Assembly: GCA_944323075.1 (NCBI GenBank)
Contig: CALURC010000016.1
Coordinates: 711,446 to 775,445, forward strand
Length of the DNA: 64,000 nt
Direction: 5' to 3'
Origin: an uncultured Alistipes sp.
GTDB lineage: Bacteria; Bacteroidota; Bacteroidia; Bacteroidales; Rikenellaceae
Part shown: positions 39,171-49,465 of the stretch, one piece after another
How positions within the stretch are numbered: position 1 is the stretch's first letter
Layout: every line of letters starts with the position of its first letter
Notes under the pieces: generated by a model
Told to the model about the DNA's origin: nothing
Database searches by the model: none
The model's input: only the letters and a program-made list of their open reading frames with translations
Program-made: the position numbers and the translations under genes

Positions 39171-40232
39171 CTATCGGTTGTGATACATACTTTCATAATA
39201 CTGACGATAGGCCCCCGAAGTAACATCGTCTAACCACTCCTGATTTTCGAGATACCACGAGACTGTCTTTTCGATACCCTCCTCGAAACAGAGTTGCGGT
39301 TTCCATCCCAATTCGCGCTGAAGTTTGCTGCTGTCTATGGCATACCGCAAATCGTGACCGGCTCGATCCGTAACATAGGTAATCAACCGCTCGCTCGTAC
39401 CTTCGGGTCTGCCCAACTGCCGATCGACCTCCTTGATAAGGACACGGATCAGATCGATGTTCTTCCATTCGTTGTTACCCCCGATGTTGTAGGTCTCGGC
39501 AATCCTGCCCCGGTGGAAAATCAGATCGATCGCCCGCGCATGATCCTCCACGTAGAGCCAGTCGCGGACATTTTCGCCCTTTCCGTAGACAGGCAGCGGA
39601 CGACCATGCCGAATATTATTGATAAACAGGGGGATCAGCTTTTCCGGAAACTGATACGGCCCGTAATTGTTCGAACAGTTCGTCACGATCGTAGGCATAC
39701 CGTACGTATCATGAAAGGCCCGGACAAAGTGGTCCGAAGATGCTTTGCTCGCCGAATAGGGGCTGTGCGGATCGTATTTGGTCGTCTCCTGAAAAAGCGT
39801 TCCGTCGAAATCCAATGCCCCGTACACCTCATCGGTAGAGATGTGATAGAACCGTTTCCCTTCGTAATCGCCGTTCCAATACTCTTTGGCCACTTGCAAC
39901 AGCGTGAGTGTTCCCAACACATTGGTCCGCGCAAACACAAACGGATCCTTGATCGAACGATCGACATGACTCTCCGCCGCAAGATGGATCACCCCGTCGA
40001 TCTTGTAGGTTGCAAACACCTCCTGCATCTTGTCGTAGTCGCAAATATCCGCCCGCACGAACCGATAATTGGGCTTGTGCTCAATATCGCGCAGATTTGC
40101 CAGATTACCGGCATAAGTCAATTTATCGAGATTAATGATACAGTAGTCCGGATACTTGTTCACCAACAACCGCACCACATGCGAACCGATAAAACCCGCA
40201 CCTCCGGTCACCAACAGATTCCTTTTTCCCAT
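39171..40232 (-). CDS. rfbB: dTDP-glucose 4,6-dehydratase
   Basis: TGGAGFIG, HLAAESHVDRSI, STDEVYG, YSASK, NNYGP, DRAGHDLRY. Confidence 0.97.
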   Translation of the reverse strand: MGKRNLLVTGGAGFIGSHVVRLLVNKYPDYCIINLDKLTYAGNLANLRDIEHKPNYRFVRADICDYDKMQEVFATYKIDGVIHLAAESHVDRSIKDPFVFARTNVLGTLTLLQVAKEYWNGDYEGKRFYHISTDEVYGALDFDGTLFQETTKYDPHSPYSASKASSDHFVRAFHDTYGMPTIVTNCSNNYGPYQFPEKLIPLFINNIRHGRPLPVYGKGENVRDWLYVEDHARAIDLIFHRGRIAETYNIGGNNEWKNIDLIRVLIKEVDRQLGRPEGTSERLITYVTDRAGHDLRYAIDSSKLQRELGWKPQLCFEEGIEKTVSWYLENQEWLDDVTSGAYRQYYESMYHNR

Positions 40233-40282
40233 AATTTTTCCTATTCGTAATCAAACAACAGGGTACCTTGCGCTTCCTCTCT

Positions 40283-41146
40283 CTATTTCTTCAACACGCC
40301 AAGACGATCGAGACAGATCCGGAGCGAATCCCGCCAATAGGGAATCTTCTGCCGGAACGTACGCTTGAACTTCGTTTTGTCGAGCACCGAATAGGCTGGA
40401 CGCTCCACATCAGAAGGATACTCCTCGCTGCGGCACGGTGAGACCTCACAGGAAGCACCACTCATCCGGGCAATCTCGCACGCAAAATCGAACCACGAGC
40501 AGACCCCTTCGTTACTGAAATGATAGGTGCCCTCTTCGCCGTCACACGCCTCACTCTCGACAAGCGACCGGATTGCCCGAGCCAAATCACCTGCATAGGT
40601 AGGAGTCCCGACCTGATCAAAAACCACCTTCACCTGTTTCTGCTCCAACATCAGCCGCAACATCGTCTTCACGAAATTATTTCCATACTCCGAATAGAGC
40701 CACGCCGTACGAAGAATCAGATAGCGACATCCGCTTTGGATAACCGCCCGCTCTCCTGCCCGTTTTGTCCGACCGTAGGCCCCCAACGGAGCAACCGGAT
40801 CCTCCTCCCGATAGGGAAGGTTTCCCGATCCGCCGAAAACATAATCGGTCGATATATGCACCAACAAAGCTCCGCATCTCTGTGCCGCCCGGGCAAGATA
40901 CCCTACCGCTTCCCGATTGATACGGTCCGCCGCAGGCTCTTCCTTCTCTGCCCGATTGACCTGCGTGTATGCCGCACAATTGATCACCACATCGACACGA
41001 TGCTCATCCACAAACCGATCGACTGCCGCCCGGTCGGTAATATCCACCTCGGCAACATCCGTAAAGAGGTAACAGCAATCCGAATCCCCCACAACCCGAC
41101 GCAGACTACGGCCCAACTGTCCATTGGCTCCGGTCACCCAGATCAT
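40283..41146 (-). CDS. rfbD: dTDP-4-dehydrorhamnose reductase
   Basis: TGANGQLG, NCAAYT, HISTDYVF, YGRTK, DQVGTPT. An alternative start at 41167 overlaps the rfbC stop. Confidence 0.95.
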   Translation of the reverse strand: MIWVTGANGQLGRSLRRVVGDSDCCYLFTDVAEVDITDRAAVDRFVDEHRVDVVINCAAYTQVNRAEKEEPAADRINREAVGYLARAAQRCGALLVHISTDYVFGGSGNLPYREEDPVAPLGAYGRTKRAGERAVIQSGCRYLILRTAWLYSEYGNNFVKTMLRLMLEQKQVKVVFDQVGTPTYAGDLARAIRSLVESEACDGEEGTYHFSNEGVCSWFDFACEIARMSGASCEVSPCRSEEYPSDVERPAYSVLDKTKFKRTFRQKIPYWRDSLRICLDRLGVLKK

Positions 41147-41156
41147 TTTCGTATCG

Positions 41157-41732
41157 TTACTCCGCATAATAATCCCTCCCGTAATCGAACAACTCCGAAA
41201 CTTCGGCCAATAACGGATGCTTTTTATCTTTTTCGGAAAGAATCATGTCTTCCGGTTTCAATCGCCAATCGATTCCAAGCGCAGGGTCGTCCCATGCAAT
41301 AGCCCCTTCACGCTGCGGGGCATAGAAGTTATCGCACTTATACTGAAATAGGGCCTCTTCGCTCAGCACCGAGAATCCGTGTGCGAAGCCTCTCGGGATG
41401 AAGAGTTGCCGTTTGTTCTCACCCGTAAGCTCCACGGCAACGCTACGTCCGAAAGTCGGAGATCCGCGACGAATATCTACCGCCACATCCAAAACCCAAC
41501 CGCTGACGACCCGGACCAACTTACTCTGTGCGAATGGGGGCAACTGGAAGTGCAACCCGCGCAAAACGCCGTAGCGGGACTTCGACTCATTATCCTGTAC
41601 GAACCGAACCGGACGCACCGCCGCATCGAAATCGCGTTGCGAAAAGCTCTCGAAAAAATAGCCCCGCTCATCTCCGAAAACCTTCGGTTCCAAAATCACC
41701 ACACCCTCTATTTCGGTCTTTATCACATTCAT
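41157..41732 (-). CDS. rfbC: dTDP-4-dehydrorhamnose 3,5-epimerase
   Basis: DERGYFFESF, QDNES, LRGLHFQ, GFAHGF, YKCDN. Confidence 0.97.
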   Translation of the reverse strand: MNVIKTEIEGVVILEPKVFGDERGYFFESFSQRDFDAAVRPVRFVQDNESKSRYGVLRGLHFQLPPFAQSKLVRVVSGWVLDVAVDIRRGSPTFGRSVAVELTGENKRQLFIPRGFAHGFSVLSEEALFQYKCDNFYAPQREGAIAWDDPALGIDWRLKPEDMILSEKDKKHPLLAEVSELFDYGRDYYAE

Positions 41733-41799
41733 TTTTCTTCTACTCTAATCTGTCCCTCTATTCTCTTTCTCAAAATAGATTGTCTACGCTGTCTTTTCA

Positions 41800-42678
41800 T
41801 CAGCCCTTCTCAACCAACCGCAGCAGATACTGCCCGTAGGGATTGTTGCTCATCGTCCGGGCAACTGATCGTAACGTGTCCTCCGTGATCCACCCTTTAC
41901 GAAAAGCTATCTCCTCGAGACAGGCGATTTTCAGGCCCTGCCGTTTCTCCAAAACTTCGACATAGATCGAGGCCTCGGAGAGCGAATCGTGCGTTCCCGT
42001 ATCCAACCATGCAAAACCCTGTCCAAGCACCCCCACTTTCAAATCGCCATCTTGCAAAAACTGCTGATTAACCGCCGTAATCTCCAACTCCCCACGCGCC
42101 GAAGGACGTATCGTCTTCGCGATCTCGACTACACGATTCGGATAGAAGTAGAGCCCGACGACCGCATAGTTTGATTTCGGATGTTCGGGTTTCTCCTCGA
42201 TTGAAAGGCAATTTCCCTCCCGATCGAACTCCGCTACGCCATAACGTCCGGGATCATCGACCCGATAACCGAAAACCGTTGCCTTTTGTTGCTCAGTCGC
42301 GGTTCGGACAGCCTCATGCAACAATTCGTCGAATCCAACTCCCTGAAAAATATTATCTCCGAGTACCAGACAGACCGCATCCGATCCAATGAAATCGGCA
42401 CCGATCAGGAAGGCCTGCGCCAATCCATCCGGCGAAGGCTGCTCCGCATAGGTGAACTGCACGCCGTAATCCGAGCCATCGCCCAACAAACGACGGAAAG
42501 CAGGCAAATCCTGCGGGGTAGAGATCACGAGAATCTCCCGAATCCCCGCACGCATCAATACCGAAATCGGATAGTAGATCATCGGCTTGTCGTAAACGGG
42601 CAACAACTGTTTGCTCACCCCTTTAGTCACCGGATACAGCCGTGTACCCGATCCTCCTGCAAGAACAATTCCTTTCAT
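41800..42678 (-). CDS. rfbA: Glucose-1-phosphate thymidylyltransferase
   Basis: [41 protein letters not shown] at 42678. Confidence 0.97.
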   Translation of the reverse strand: MKGIVLAGGSGTRLYPVTKGVSKQLLPVYDKPMIYYPISVLMRAGIREILVISTPQDLPAFRRLLGDGSDYGVQFTYAEQPSPDGLAQAFLIGADFIGSDAVCLVLGDNIFQGVGFDELLHEAVRTATEQQKATVFGYRVDDPGRYGVAEFDREGNCLSIEEKPEHPKSNYAVVGLYFYPNRVVEIAKTIRPSARGELEITAVNQQFLQDGDLKVGVLGQGFAWLDTGTHDSLSEASIYVEVLEKRQGLKIACLEEIAFRKGWITEDTLRSVARTMSNNPYGQYLLRLVEKG

Positions 42679-42960
42679 AATTCGATCCTTCCAAACGAAA
42701 AACAGCAACCGTTTTCAATCCAATGTCGAAAGTACTCCGTTTTTTCGGTCTTTCCAAACATCTGCCGCCATAATCGACCTCTTTTCAGACCATCAAATTT
42801 TCTTACCATACCAACAATCTTCTGCCTATTACCTTCCTCAACTTAATCCACCAAATGATTCTTCAAAATTTCAGGCACTATCCACCAGACGATCCTCACT
42901 CCGAATTTGAAAAATCACGTCAATCATCTATTTTTGTCTACACATAAAACTACTCATTCC

Positions 42961-44079
42961 ATGAACTTATTCGACATGAAACCAATTTTCAGAGTCGCAT
43001 CGACGCTTCTGTTCGGATTCACAGTCCATTTGACGGTTCAAGCCCAAAAAGCTGTTTCGCCGGAGATCATGCAAAAAACCTACGAAACCGTCCAAACCCC
43101 CTACAAATACGGACTGGTTCTCACTCCGGAAAACGATAATTGCAAATTAGACTCCCCTACTGTTTTCCGGATGGAAGGCAAATGGTATATGACCTATGTC
43201 CGATACGACGGTAAAACCGCTACGGACGGAACCGGATACGAAACGTGGTTGGCAGAGAGTGACAACCTGCTGGAGTGGCGGGTGCTCGGCCCCATTCTTT
43301 CGTTCAAATCCGACGGATGGGATGCGGCCCAGCGAGGTGGATACCTTGCCCTGACAGACTATCGTTGGAACGGAAACCACCGCCCGAAAAAATACGACGG
43401 TTATTACTGGCTCTCCTACATCGGAGGTGCGACCCAAGGATACGAGGCCGGACAACTGAACATCGGCTTGGCCCGGACGAAACAGTCTGCAAACCAAGTC
43501 CACGAATGGGAAAGCTTCGATGGTCCCATCCTGACTCCTAAAGACCCCGATGCACAGCCATGGGAGGATTACACCCTATACAAGAGTTCGGTTTTTCGGG
43601 TTCCGACCCATCTGTTCGGATCACCTTTCGTCATGTTCTACAATGCCAAGGGCGATGCAGCAGGACGCGAAAGTATCGGCATCGCGGTCTCCGACGACAT
43701 GATGCACTGGAAACGCTATCCGGAGAGTCCGGTTCTGGACCACCCCCAAGGACGGATCACCGGTGACGCCCAAATTGTCAAAATGGGAAAACTTTATGTC
43801 ATGTTCTATTTCGGAGCGTTCTGGGAAGGCAAACAGGCTCAGGCGTTCAACCGTTTTGCCTGCTCTTACGATCTGAAGCACTGGACCGACTGGACGGGCG
43901 ATGACCTGATCGCACCCTCCGAACCATACGACAACCTGTTCGCCCACAAATCGTTCGTTCTTCACTACAAAGGAGTCGTCTATCACTTCTACTGCGCCGT
44001 TAACGATCGGGATCAACGCGGCATCGCCGTAGCCACCTCTCGCGACATGGGAAGTAGTTCGCTGCAATTCGACCGATAG
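42961..44079 (+). CDS. Secreted five-bladed beta-propeller glycosidase-like protein
   Basis: Signal peptide; repeated blades (DSPTVF, W..GPIL, SIGIAVSDD..HWKR, IAVATS). Start ATG 42961 or 42976. Confidence 0.65.
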   Translation: MNLFDMKPIFRVASTLLFGFTVHLTVQAQKAVSPEIMQKTYETVQTPYKYGLVLTPENDNCKLDSPTVFRMEGKWYMTYVRYDGKTATDGTGYETWLAESDNLLEWRVLGPILSFKSDGWDAAQRGGYLALTDYRWNGNHRPKKYDGYYWLSYIGGATQGYEAGQLNIGLARTKQSANQVHEWESFDGPILTPKDPDAQPWEDYTLYKSSVFRVPTHLFGSPFVMFYNAKGDAAGRESIGIAVSDDMMHWKRYPESPVLDHPQGRITGDAQIVKMGKLYVMFYFGAFWEGKQAQAFNRFACSYDLKHWTDWTGDDLIAPSEPYDNLFAHKSFVLHYKGVVYHFYCAVNDRDQRGIAVATSRDMGSSSLQFDR

Positions 44080-44149
44080 TCTACCACGGTTCGATCTTAC
44101 CGCGACTGCCGATTCGCAGCCCCCTTTCCCGGCCCCTTTGAAGCATCGG

Positions 44150-45169
44150 TTAACGAATTTTCAGCCGATTCAAGGCCGCGGCATAGGCCCGTGCATTGCG
44201 GTTGTGTTCGGCAAGGGTACGGGCAAAGTTGTGCGCGCCGGAGAGATCCTCCTTTGCACAGAAATAGAGATAGTCGTGCTCCTGATAATTCAGCACGGCA
44301 TCGATCGCCGCTATCGACGGCATACAGATCGGTCCGGGAGGCAATCCGACAACCCGATAGGTATTATATGGGGAATCCACCTCCAAATGTTTATGCAGAA
44401 TCCGCCGCAACGAAAAGTCACCCAAAGCGAACTTGACCGTCGGATCGGCCTGAAGCGGCATGCCCCGTCTGAGTCGATTGATGTAGACCCCCGCTACGGC
44501 AGGCATTTCCGACTGGCGTTTGGTCTCTTCGTAAACGATCGAAGCCAACGTGATCGCCTCGTTTCGAGTCAATCCACAGCGGGCAAGTTTCGCATCCCGG
44601 GAAGCCCAGAAACGGTCGGATTCCCGTTTCATCCGCTGCAACAGATCATTGACCGAACAATTCCAATAGACCTCATAGGTATTCGGGATGAACATCGCCA
44701 TGAAGGTCTGAGGAGTATAGCCGTATGCCGCAACAATCGAATCGTTTATAAAAGCCTCCATCAGCGTCATTGAATCGAGCTCGATCTGACGGGAAAGCAC
44801 TGCAGCCAGCCGATCCATCGTTCGGATATTATGGAACGTAATCCGCATCGGCGACTGTAACCCCGACTGGATCCGGTTGATCACGTCGGAGTAACCCATC
44901 CCTTGTTTCAGTTCATAACGTCCTGGGGACACCCTCTTATCGAGTCCCTTCGCCCGAGCCATTGTCCGAAAGAGCGTTTCGTTCCGCAGCAGATCACCGG
45001 CACGTAACGAATCCATCAACCGATTAAAATCGCTTCCCGTAGGGATCAACACCACCGCATCCCGTTTCACCGCACTTGCCCCATAATATTGCCACACGCC
45101 TACTCCCAAGACAATGCAACAAAACAGTCCCGCCGCAATCGTCCAGACAGTCCATTTTTTTACCTTCAT
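44150..45169 (-). CDS. mltG: Endolytic transglycosylase
   Basis: N-terminal TM; LASIVYEET, GVYINRL, LQADPT, SPYNTY, GLPPGPI, HNFA. Confidence 0.95.
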   Translation of the reverse strand: MKVKKWTVWTIAAGLFCCIVLGVGVWQYYGASAVKRDAVVLIPTGSDFNRLMDSLRAGDLLRNETLFRTMARAKGLDKRVSPGRYELKQGMGYSDVINRIQSGLQSPMRITFHNIRTMDRLAAVLSRQIELDSMTLMEAFINDSIVAAYGYTPQTFMAMFIPNTYEVYWNCSVNDLLQRMKRESDRFWASRDAKLARCGLTRNEAITLASIVYEETKRQSEMPAVAGVYINRLRRGMPLQADPTVKFALGDFSLRRILHKHLEVDSPYNTYRVVGLPPGPICMPSIAAIDAVLNYQEHDYLYFCAKEDLSGAHNFARTLAEHNRNARAYAAALNRLKIR

Positions 45170-45182
45170 TCGAAAAATTATT

Positions 45183-45213
45183 TTTGCAAATATACGAAAG
45201 TTGTTTAATTTTG
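45183..45213. promoter_or_regulatory. Overlapping divergent promoters (ffs on +, mltG on -)
   Basis: + strand TTTG (45183-45186), 19-nt spacer, TAATTTTG (45206-45213). - strand TATATTTG at 45194-45187. Confidence 0.65.
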
Positions 45214-45217
45214 TGGC

Positions 45218-45313
45218 GGGTAAGTCTTATACGACCAGCTCCTGCTGAATCCCCCAGGGTCGGAAGACAGCAAGGGTAGGTGGTTGTAGCGGTGCGATAT
45301 AAGTAGCTTACCC
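45218..45313 (+). ncRNA. ffs: SRP RNA (4.5S)
   Basis: Terminal pairing GGGTAAG/CTTACCC and domain-IV signature CAGG-gtc-GGAA-gac-AGCA. Starts 5 nt after a consensus promoter and is followed by a T-run. Confidence 0.88.
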
Positions 45314-45356
45314 CTTTTTATTTTCTGCCAGAATACGGCATAATCTCTTCACGGGC

Positions 45357-45959
45357 ATGATCATCAAAATCTATCCGCAGAATCCGAACGAAAAGGCTGT
45401 CGCTCAAGTTGTCGAGATCCTTGCACACGATGGAGTGATCATCTATCCGACCGACAGCGTCTATGCATTCGGCTGTTCGCTTAAAAGCAATAAAGCCATC
45501 GAACGACTCCGTTCGCTCACCGGAAAAACAGGATCGAACTTTTCAATTATTTGTCCCGATCTCAGCACAATCGCCACCTACGCGAAAGTCGACAACGACA
45601 CCTTCAAAATGCTGAAACGCAATCTACCCGGGCCTTTTACCTTTTTACTCAACGCCTCGGGCAAGATCCCCGATAAGTTTTTAGAGAAAAAGAAGACCGT
45701 CGGTGTGCGGATTCCGGACAACGCCATTCCGATGGCGTTGGTTGAGGAATTGGGACACCCGATGGTTACGGCATCCGTAAAAGACTCCGACGAGGAGGAG
45801 TATACGACCGATCCGTCGCTTATCGCCGAACGATACGGTAATGCAGTCGACGCCATCATCGACGGAGGGTATGGGAACAACATACCCACTACCATTGTGG
45901 ACTGCACGGATCCTGAAGAAACAGTCATTGCTCGTGAGGGGATCGGAATATTACAATAG
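45357..45959 (+). CDS. Sua5/YciO/YrdC-family protein
   Basis: IYPTDSVYA, LPGPFTF, VGVRIP, IDGG, PTTIVD. Confidence 0.9.
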   Translation: MIIKIYPQNPNEKAVAQVVEILAHDGVIIYPTDSVYAFGCSLKSNKAIERLRSLTGKTGSNFSIICPDLSTIATYAKVDNDTFKMLKRNLPGPFTFLLNASGKIPDKFLEKKKTVGVRIPDNAIPMALVEELGHPMVTASVKDSDEEEYTTDPSLIAERYGNAVDAIIDGGYGNNIPTTIVDCTDPEETVIAREGIGILQ

Positions 45960-45964
45960 CTACT

Positions 45965-46519
45965 ATGGACGATTCTAAAAAAATATTGAACAAAATCGAG
46001 TGGAGAGAGGCTGCTACGGGCGGTCTCTATATGGGCGTGGTCTACGCCGCACTATCAATCGCCACTCGATATCTGCAGGCGAACCAACAGATCGTTTCGG
46101 TAATCAGCGCGATCAGTTTTTTTTCTGTGGCCGGATTTTTGTTCGCCTATGCAAGCCGAATGTCCCGACAATACGGAGTACAGGGGTACACATTCTTTCA
46201 GAGTATGAGGTTTATTCTGAAAATGTCGATGTTTGCCGGAGTGATTGCCGGGATCGGCATGTTCATCCAGAACCGAATCGCTCCGGAGATCATCCAACAA
46301 CAGCTCGAAGTCATGCGCGATTTCTATATCGACAAAGGTTGGGACGCACAACTAATCGATCAAAGCGTCTCTATGACCGAACGACTGATGCTTAATCCAC
46401 TGTTCGTTGTTTTTGGAGGTATCGGTTCGATGATCCTTTATGGAGGACTGATGGGCATTATCGTTTCGCTGTTTGTCCGCCGAAGAAGCCCGGGATCGCA
46501 AACGCCCTTCAATAACTAA
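45965..46519 (+). CDS. DUF4199-type membrane protein
   Basis: 4 TM with a helical loop; typical Bacteroidota position upstream of a GT2. Confidence 0.65.
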   Translation: MDDSKKILNKIEWREAATGGLYMGVVYAALSIATRYLQANQQIVSVISAISFFSVAGFLFAYASRMSRQYGVQGYTFFQSMRFILKMSMFAGVIAGIGMFIQNRIAPEIIQQQLEVMRDFYIDKGWDAQLIDQSVSMTERLMLNPLFVVFGGIGSMILYGGLMGIIVSLFVRRRSPGSQTPFNN

Positions 46520-46545
46520 ATCGGCATTAATACTAAAATTTACCC

Positions 46546-47508
46546 ATGGATACCAACAATCCTAATATCTCCGTTGTCGTTCCGCTATACAATGAAGAAG
46601 AATCCTTGCCCGAATTAGAGGCATGGATCGAACGCGTCATGACGGAGAATCACTTTACATACGAAATCATCTTCGTCGACGACGGGAGCAACGACCGTTC
46701 ATGGGAAGTCATCCGTTCGTTAAAAGAGAAAAATTCGGCCGTACGAGCCATTCGTTTCCAACGCAACTACGGCAAATCGGCCGGACTCTACTGCGGATTC
46801 GAAGCGGCACAAGGCGATGTTGTAATCACGATGGACGCCGATCTGCAGGACTCGCCGGATGAGATTCCGGAACTCTACCGGATGATCACCGAAGAGGGTT
46901 ACGATCTGGTGAGCGGATGGAAAAAACGACGCTACGATCCGATAGGGAAAACTTTACCCAGCAAATTTTTCAACGCAACAGCACGGTTGGCTTCAGGAAT
47001 CAAGCTGCACGACTTCAACTGTGGTCTCAAGGCCTACCGCAAAAAGGTGGTCAAAAGCATCGAGGTCTACGGAGAGATGCACCGGTTCATTCCGGTTCTG
47101 GCCAAAAATGCCGGGTTCAAAAGAATCGGAGAGAAAGTCGTCCACCATCGGGCACGGAAATACGGAGTCTCGAAATTCGGATGGGAACGGATGATCAAAG
47201 GCTATCTGGACCTGATAACCGTGATGTTCATGACCCGTTTCGGGAAAAGTCCGATGTACTTTTTCGGAGGCCTCGGCACGCTGATGTTTCTTATCGGAGG
47301 CGCCACTGCAATCTACCTGATTATCGAAAAACTCTACAAACAGGCCAATCTGCTTCCGATACGTGCTGTCACCGATCAACCCTTGTTCTTCATTGCTATG
47401 GGAGCTGCAATTATCGGAGTCCAGCTGTTTCTGGCAGGCTTCATCGGAGAGTTGATCGGACGTAATTCGAGCGACCGCAACCGCTACCTGATCGATGACA
47501 AATTTTAA
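46546..47508 (+). CDS. GT2 polyprenol-phosphate glycosyltransferase (ArnC/GtrB-like)
   Basis: VVPLYNEEE, VDDGS, RNYGK, MDADLQD, HDFNCG; two C-terminal TMs. Confidence 0.92.
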   Translation: MDTNNPNISVVVPLYNEEESLPELEAWIERVMTENHFTYEIIFVDDGSNDRSWEVIRSLKEKNSAVRAIRFQRNYGKSAGLYCGFEAAQGDVVITMDADLQDSPDEIPELYRMITEEGYDLVSGWKKRRYDPIGKTLPSKFFNATARLASGIKLHDFNCGLKAYRKKVVKSIEVYGEMHRFIPVLAKNAGFKRIGEKVVHHRARKYGVSKFGWERMIKGYLDLITVMFMTRFGKSPMYFFGGLGTLMFLIGGATAIYLIIEKLYKQANLLPIRAVTDQPLFFIAMGAAIIGVQLFLAGFIGELIGRNSSDRNRYLIDDKF

Positions 47509-47524
47509 TAGAATACCTTTTGTT

Positions 47525-48871
47525 ATGAGAACACTTCAACTGCTTCTGTTTTCTTTCGTTTTGCTGATCGCCGGATGCGATAAAAACGAATCGACCTCCG
47601 ATTCAATTACAGATTTTGATTCAGAACAGCTGGATCAGACAATCTACGCAGATCAAACGACAACCTCCAATGGAGGGTTTGCTTTCACGGCAAAAGAGTC
47701 ATGGTACACCCAAATTCGAGACATATCCACCAAATCCGCATCTAAAGCTCCCAATTCCACCCCCACATGGGTTAAGGTCGATCCCTCTTCAGGAGGTGCC
47801 GGCTCGGTACAAATGACCATTTCGATCGATGAAAATAACACAGGAATGGATCGTGTAGCCGAAATATGGATCGTTAGTGGTGAGACGACACTCAGTCTTA
47901 GGATCGAGCAAAAAGCCCAAACCCGCGAAGAGGCAGGTGTCGACGACGGAGATACGCCAAGCGAAAATCCCAACATAGACAAACGGACAGTCCGTTACCT
48001 GAGCTCGATGGACTACACGTACCAATCTGGGGATGATGACAATACAAATCGAGGAACAATCAGATACACCTACGACGAAGATCACTTTGTCTCCCAAATT
48101 ACCGATGGGGAGGATACCTTCTCATACACGATCGACCGGGGCGGCCATTACACGAACCTGATCGTCAGTGGAAACGGAGACGGAGAGCTATCCAACGAAC
48201 CGTGGGAAATGACCATCAACTATTGGAACGACACAGAACGTTATGGCTCTTCGGGTATCCTTTTCTATGAAAGCCACAAGGAGGAAGAGGGCTATAGATT
48301 TGACTACTCATTCGATATTCAGGCAAATAACCACACAGGGTTGGACCGGTTGACCATTACTCCCAAAAGAACCGATGAACAGATCATCTACGAGACCGGC
48401 GTATGGGACTACACGTGGGGAACAACTGATCCGACCGATCCCTCTTCTGACGATAAAGAACTCGGCCGGAGAGGATTCAACATATTGGGAATCAGTTATT
48501 ATGGATACCTAAGCGACCAAGTCGGCATGACTTCGAGCGAGATTTCCCTGTCATACAGCGATATATTCAACTGCAACACAGAGAACGACTCTCCGCTATG
48601 CAACATCGACCCGAACAGTATTGTGCTCGGTTGTGTCGAAACTTTCTCTCCCCAATGCCCCTTATCCTCACTTTTCTTAGCCGGTTACATGCGCCAATGG
48701 GGGGATAATCTGATCAACAAAATAGAAGCATCGATCTATGAAGAACATATTGGTGAAAGACAGTTAACATACCAAGTCAACTATACTTTCGATGCCGATG
48801 AATACGTTACCGGTATCGAAATCAGCAACAATGAAAACGAACGCTGGACCTTTACGTTCAACTATGAGTAG
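47525..48871 (+). CDS. BACON-domain lipoprotein with beta-rich (DUF4595-like) C-terminus
   Basis: LLIAG-C lipobox from ATG 47525; WVKVDPSSG...NNTGMDRVAEI...RIEQ BACON pattern; YTYDED and YTFDAD strands. Confidence 0.7.
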   Translation: MRTLQLLLFSFVLLIAGCDKNESTSDSITDFDSEQLDQTIYADQTTTSNGGFAFTAKESWYTQIRDISTKSASKAPNSTPTWVKVDPSSGGAGSVQMTISIDENNTGMDRVAEIWIVSGETTLSLRIEQKAQTREEAGVDDGDTPSENPNIDKRTVRYLSSMDYTYQSGDDDNTNRGTIRYTYDEDHFVSQITDGEDTFSYTIDRGGHYTNLIVSGNGDGELSNEPWEMTINYWNDTERYGSSGILFYESHKEEEGYRFDYSFDIQANNHTGLDRLTITPKRTDEQIIYETGVWDYTWGTTDPTDPSSDDKELGRRGFNILGISYYGYLSDQVGMTSSEISLSYSDIFNCNTENDSPLCNIDPNSIVLGCVETFSPQCPLSSLFLAGYMRQWGDNLINKIEASIYEEHIGERQLTYQVNYTFDADEYVTGIEISNNENERWTFTFNYE

Positions 48872-48907
48872 TCCTGCGCAGAGAAAATCCATCACACATA
48901 AAACCAC

Positions 48908-49375
48908 ATGATACAACGTATTCAGACCGTATATTTATTAATAACCGCCATACTTGTCGGCACACTTTGTATCGTACCGCTTGCACACGGCATAGCTTCA
49001 GATGCTATCTCTTACCCCGTGTCGATCTGGGGTTTCGTCAATCGGACACCGAGTCCCGACTCTTATTCGGGAAGCTGGCTGAACCTTGCTGCAGGTTTCG
49101 TATCGATCATCACAGCTTTACTGGCCATAGTAACGATTTTTCTATACAAAAAACGAATATTGCAAAAAAAGTTGTGTCACATTTTGCTGGTTCTGCTGAT
49201 CCTGCTGTGTGTCACACTGGTCGCGTATCTGGTGCAGACCTCCGCTCTTTTCGAAGGATTCAAACTCTCGGTGATCTGTGCATTTCCGATCATTGCTTTC
49301 ATTATGATAATTCTTGCCCGAAAAGGAATTATCCACGACGAAAAACTGGTACGTTCGTTGGATAGAATTCGATAA
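48908..49375 (+). CDS. DUF4293-family membrane protein
   Basis: MIQRIQTVYL start, IFLYKKR, DEKLVRSLDRIR end. Confidence 0.88.
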   Translation: MIQRIQTVYLLITAILVGTLCIVPLAHGIASDAISYPVSIWGFVNRTPSPDSYSGSWLNLAAGFVSIITALLAIVTIFLYKKRILQKKLCHILLVLLILLCVTLVAYLVQTSALFEGFKLSVICAFPIIAFIMIILARKGIIHDEKLVRSLDRIR

Positions 49376-49397
49376 GCAATATTCTCAATTACAGAAA

Positions 49398-49450
49398 GAA
49401 ACAAAGAAAGAGCGAAGAGATTCTTGATCTCTTCGCTCTTTCTTTGTTTC
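49398..49450. terminator. Long perfect hairpin, probable bidirectional terminator
   Basis: 24-bp perfect arms GAAACAAAGAAAGAGCGAAGAGAT, 5-nt loop, between convergent genes. Confidence 0.8.
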
Positions 49451-49465
49451 GATTGTATCTTTTTC

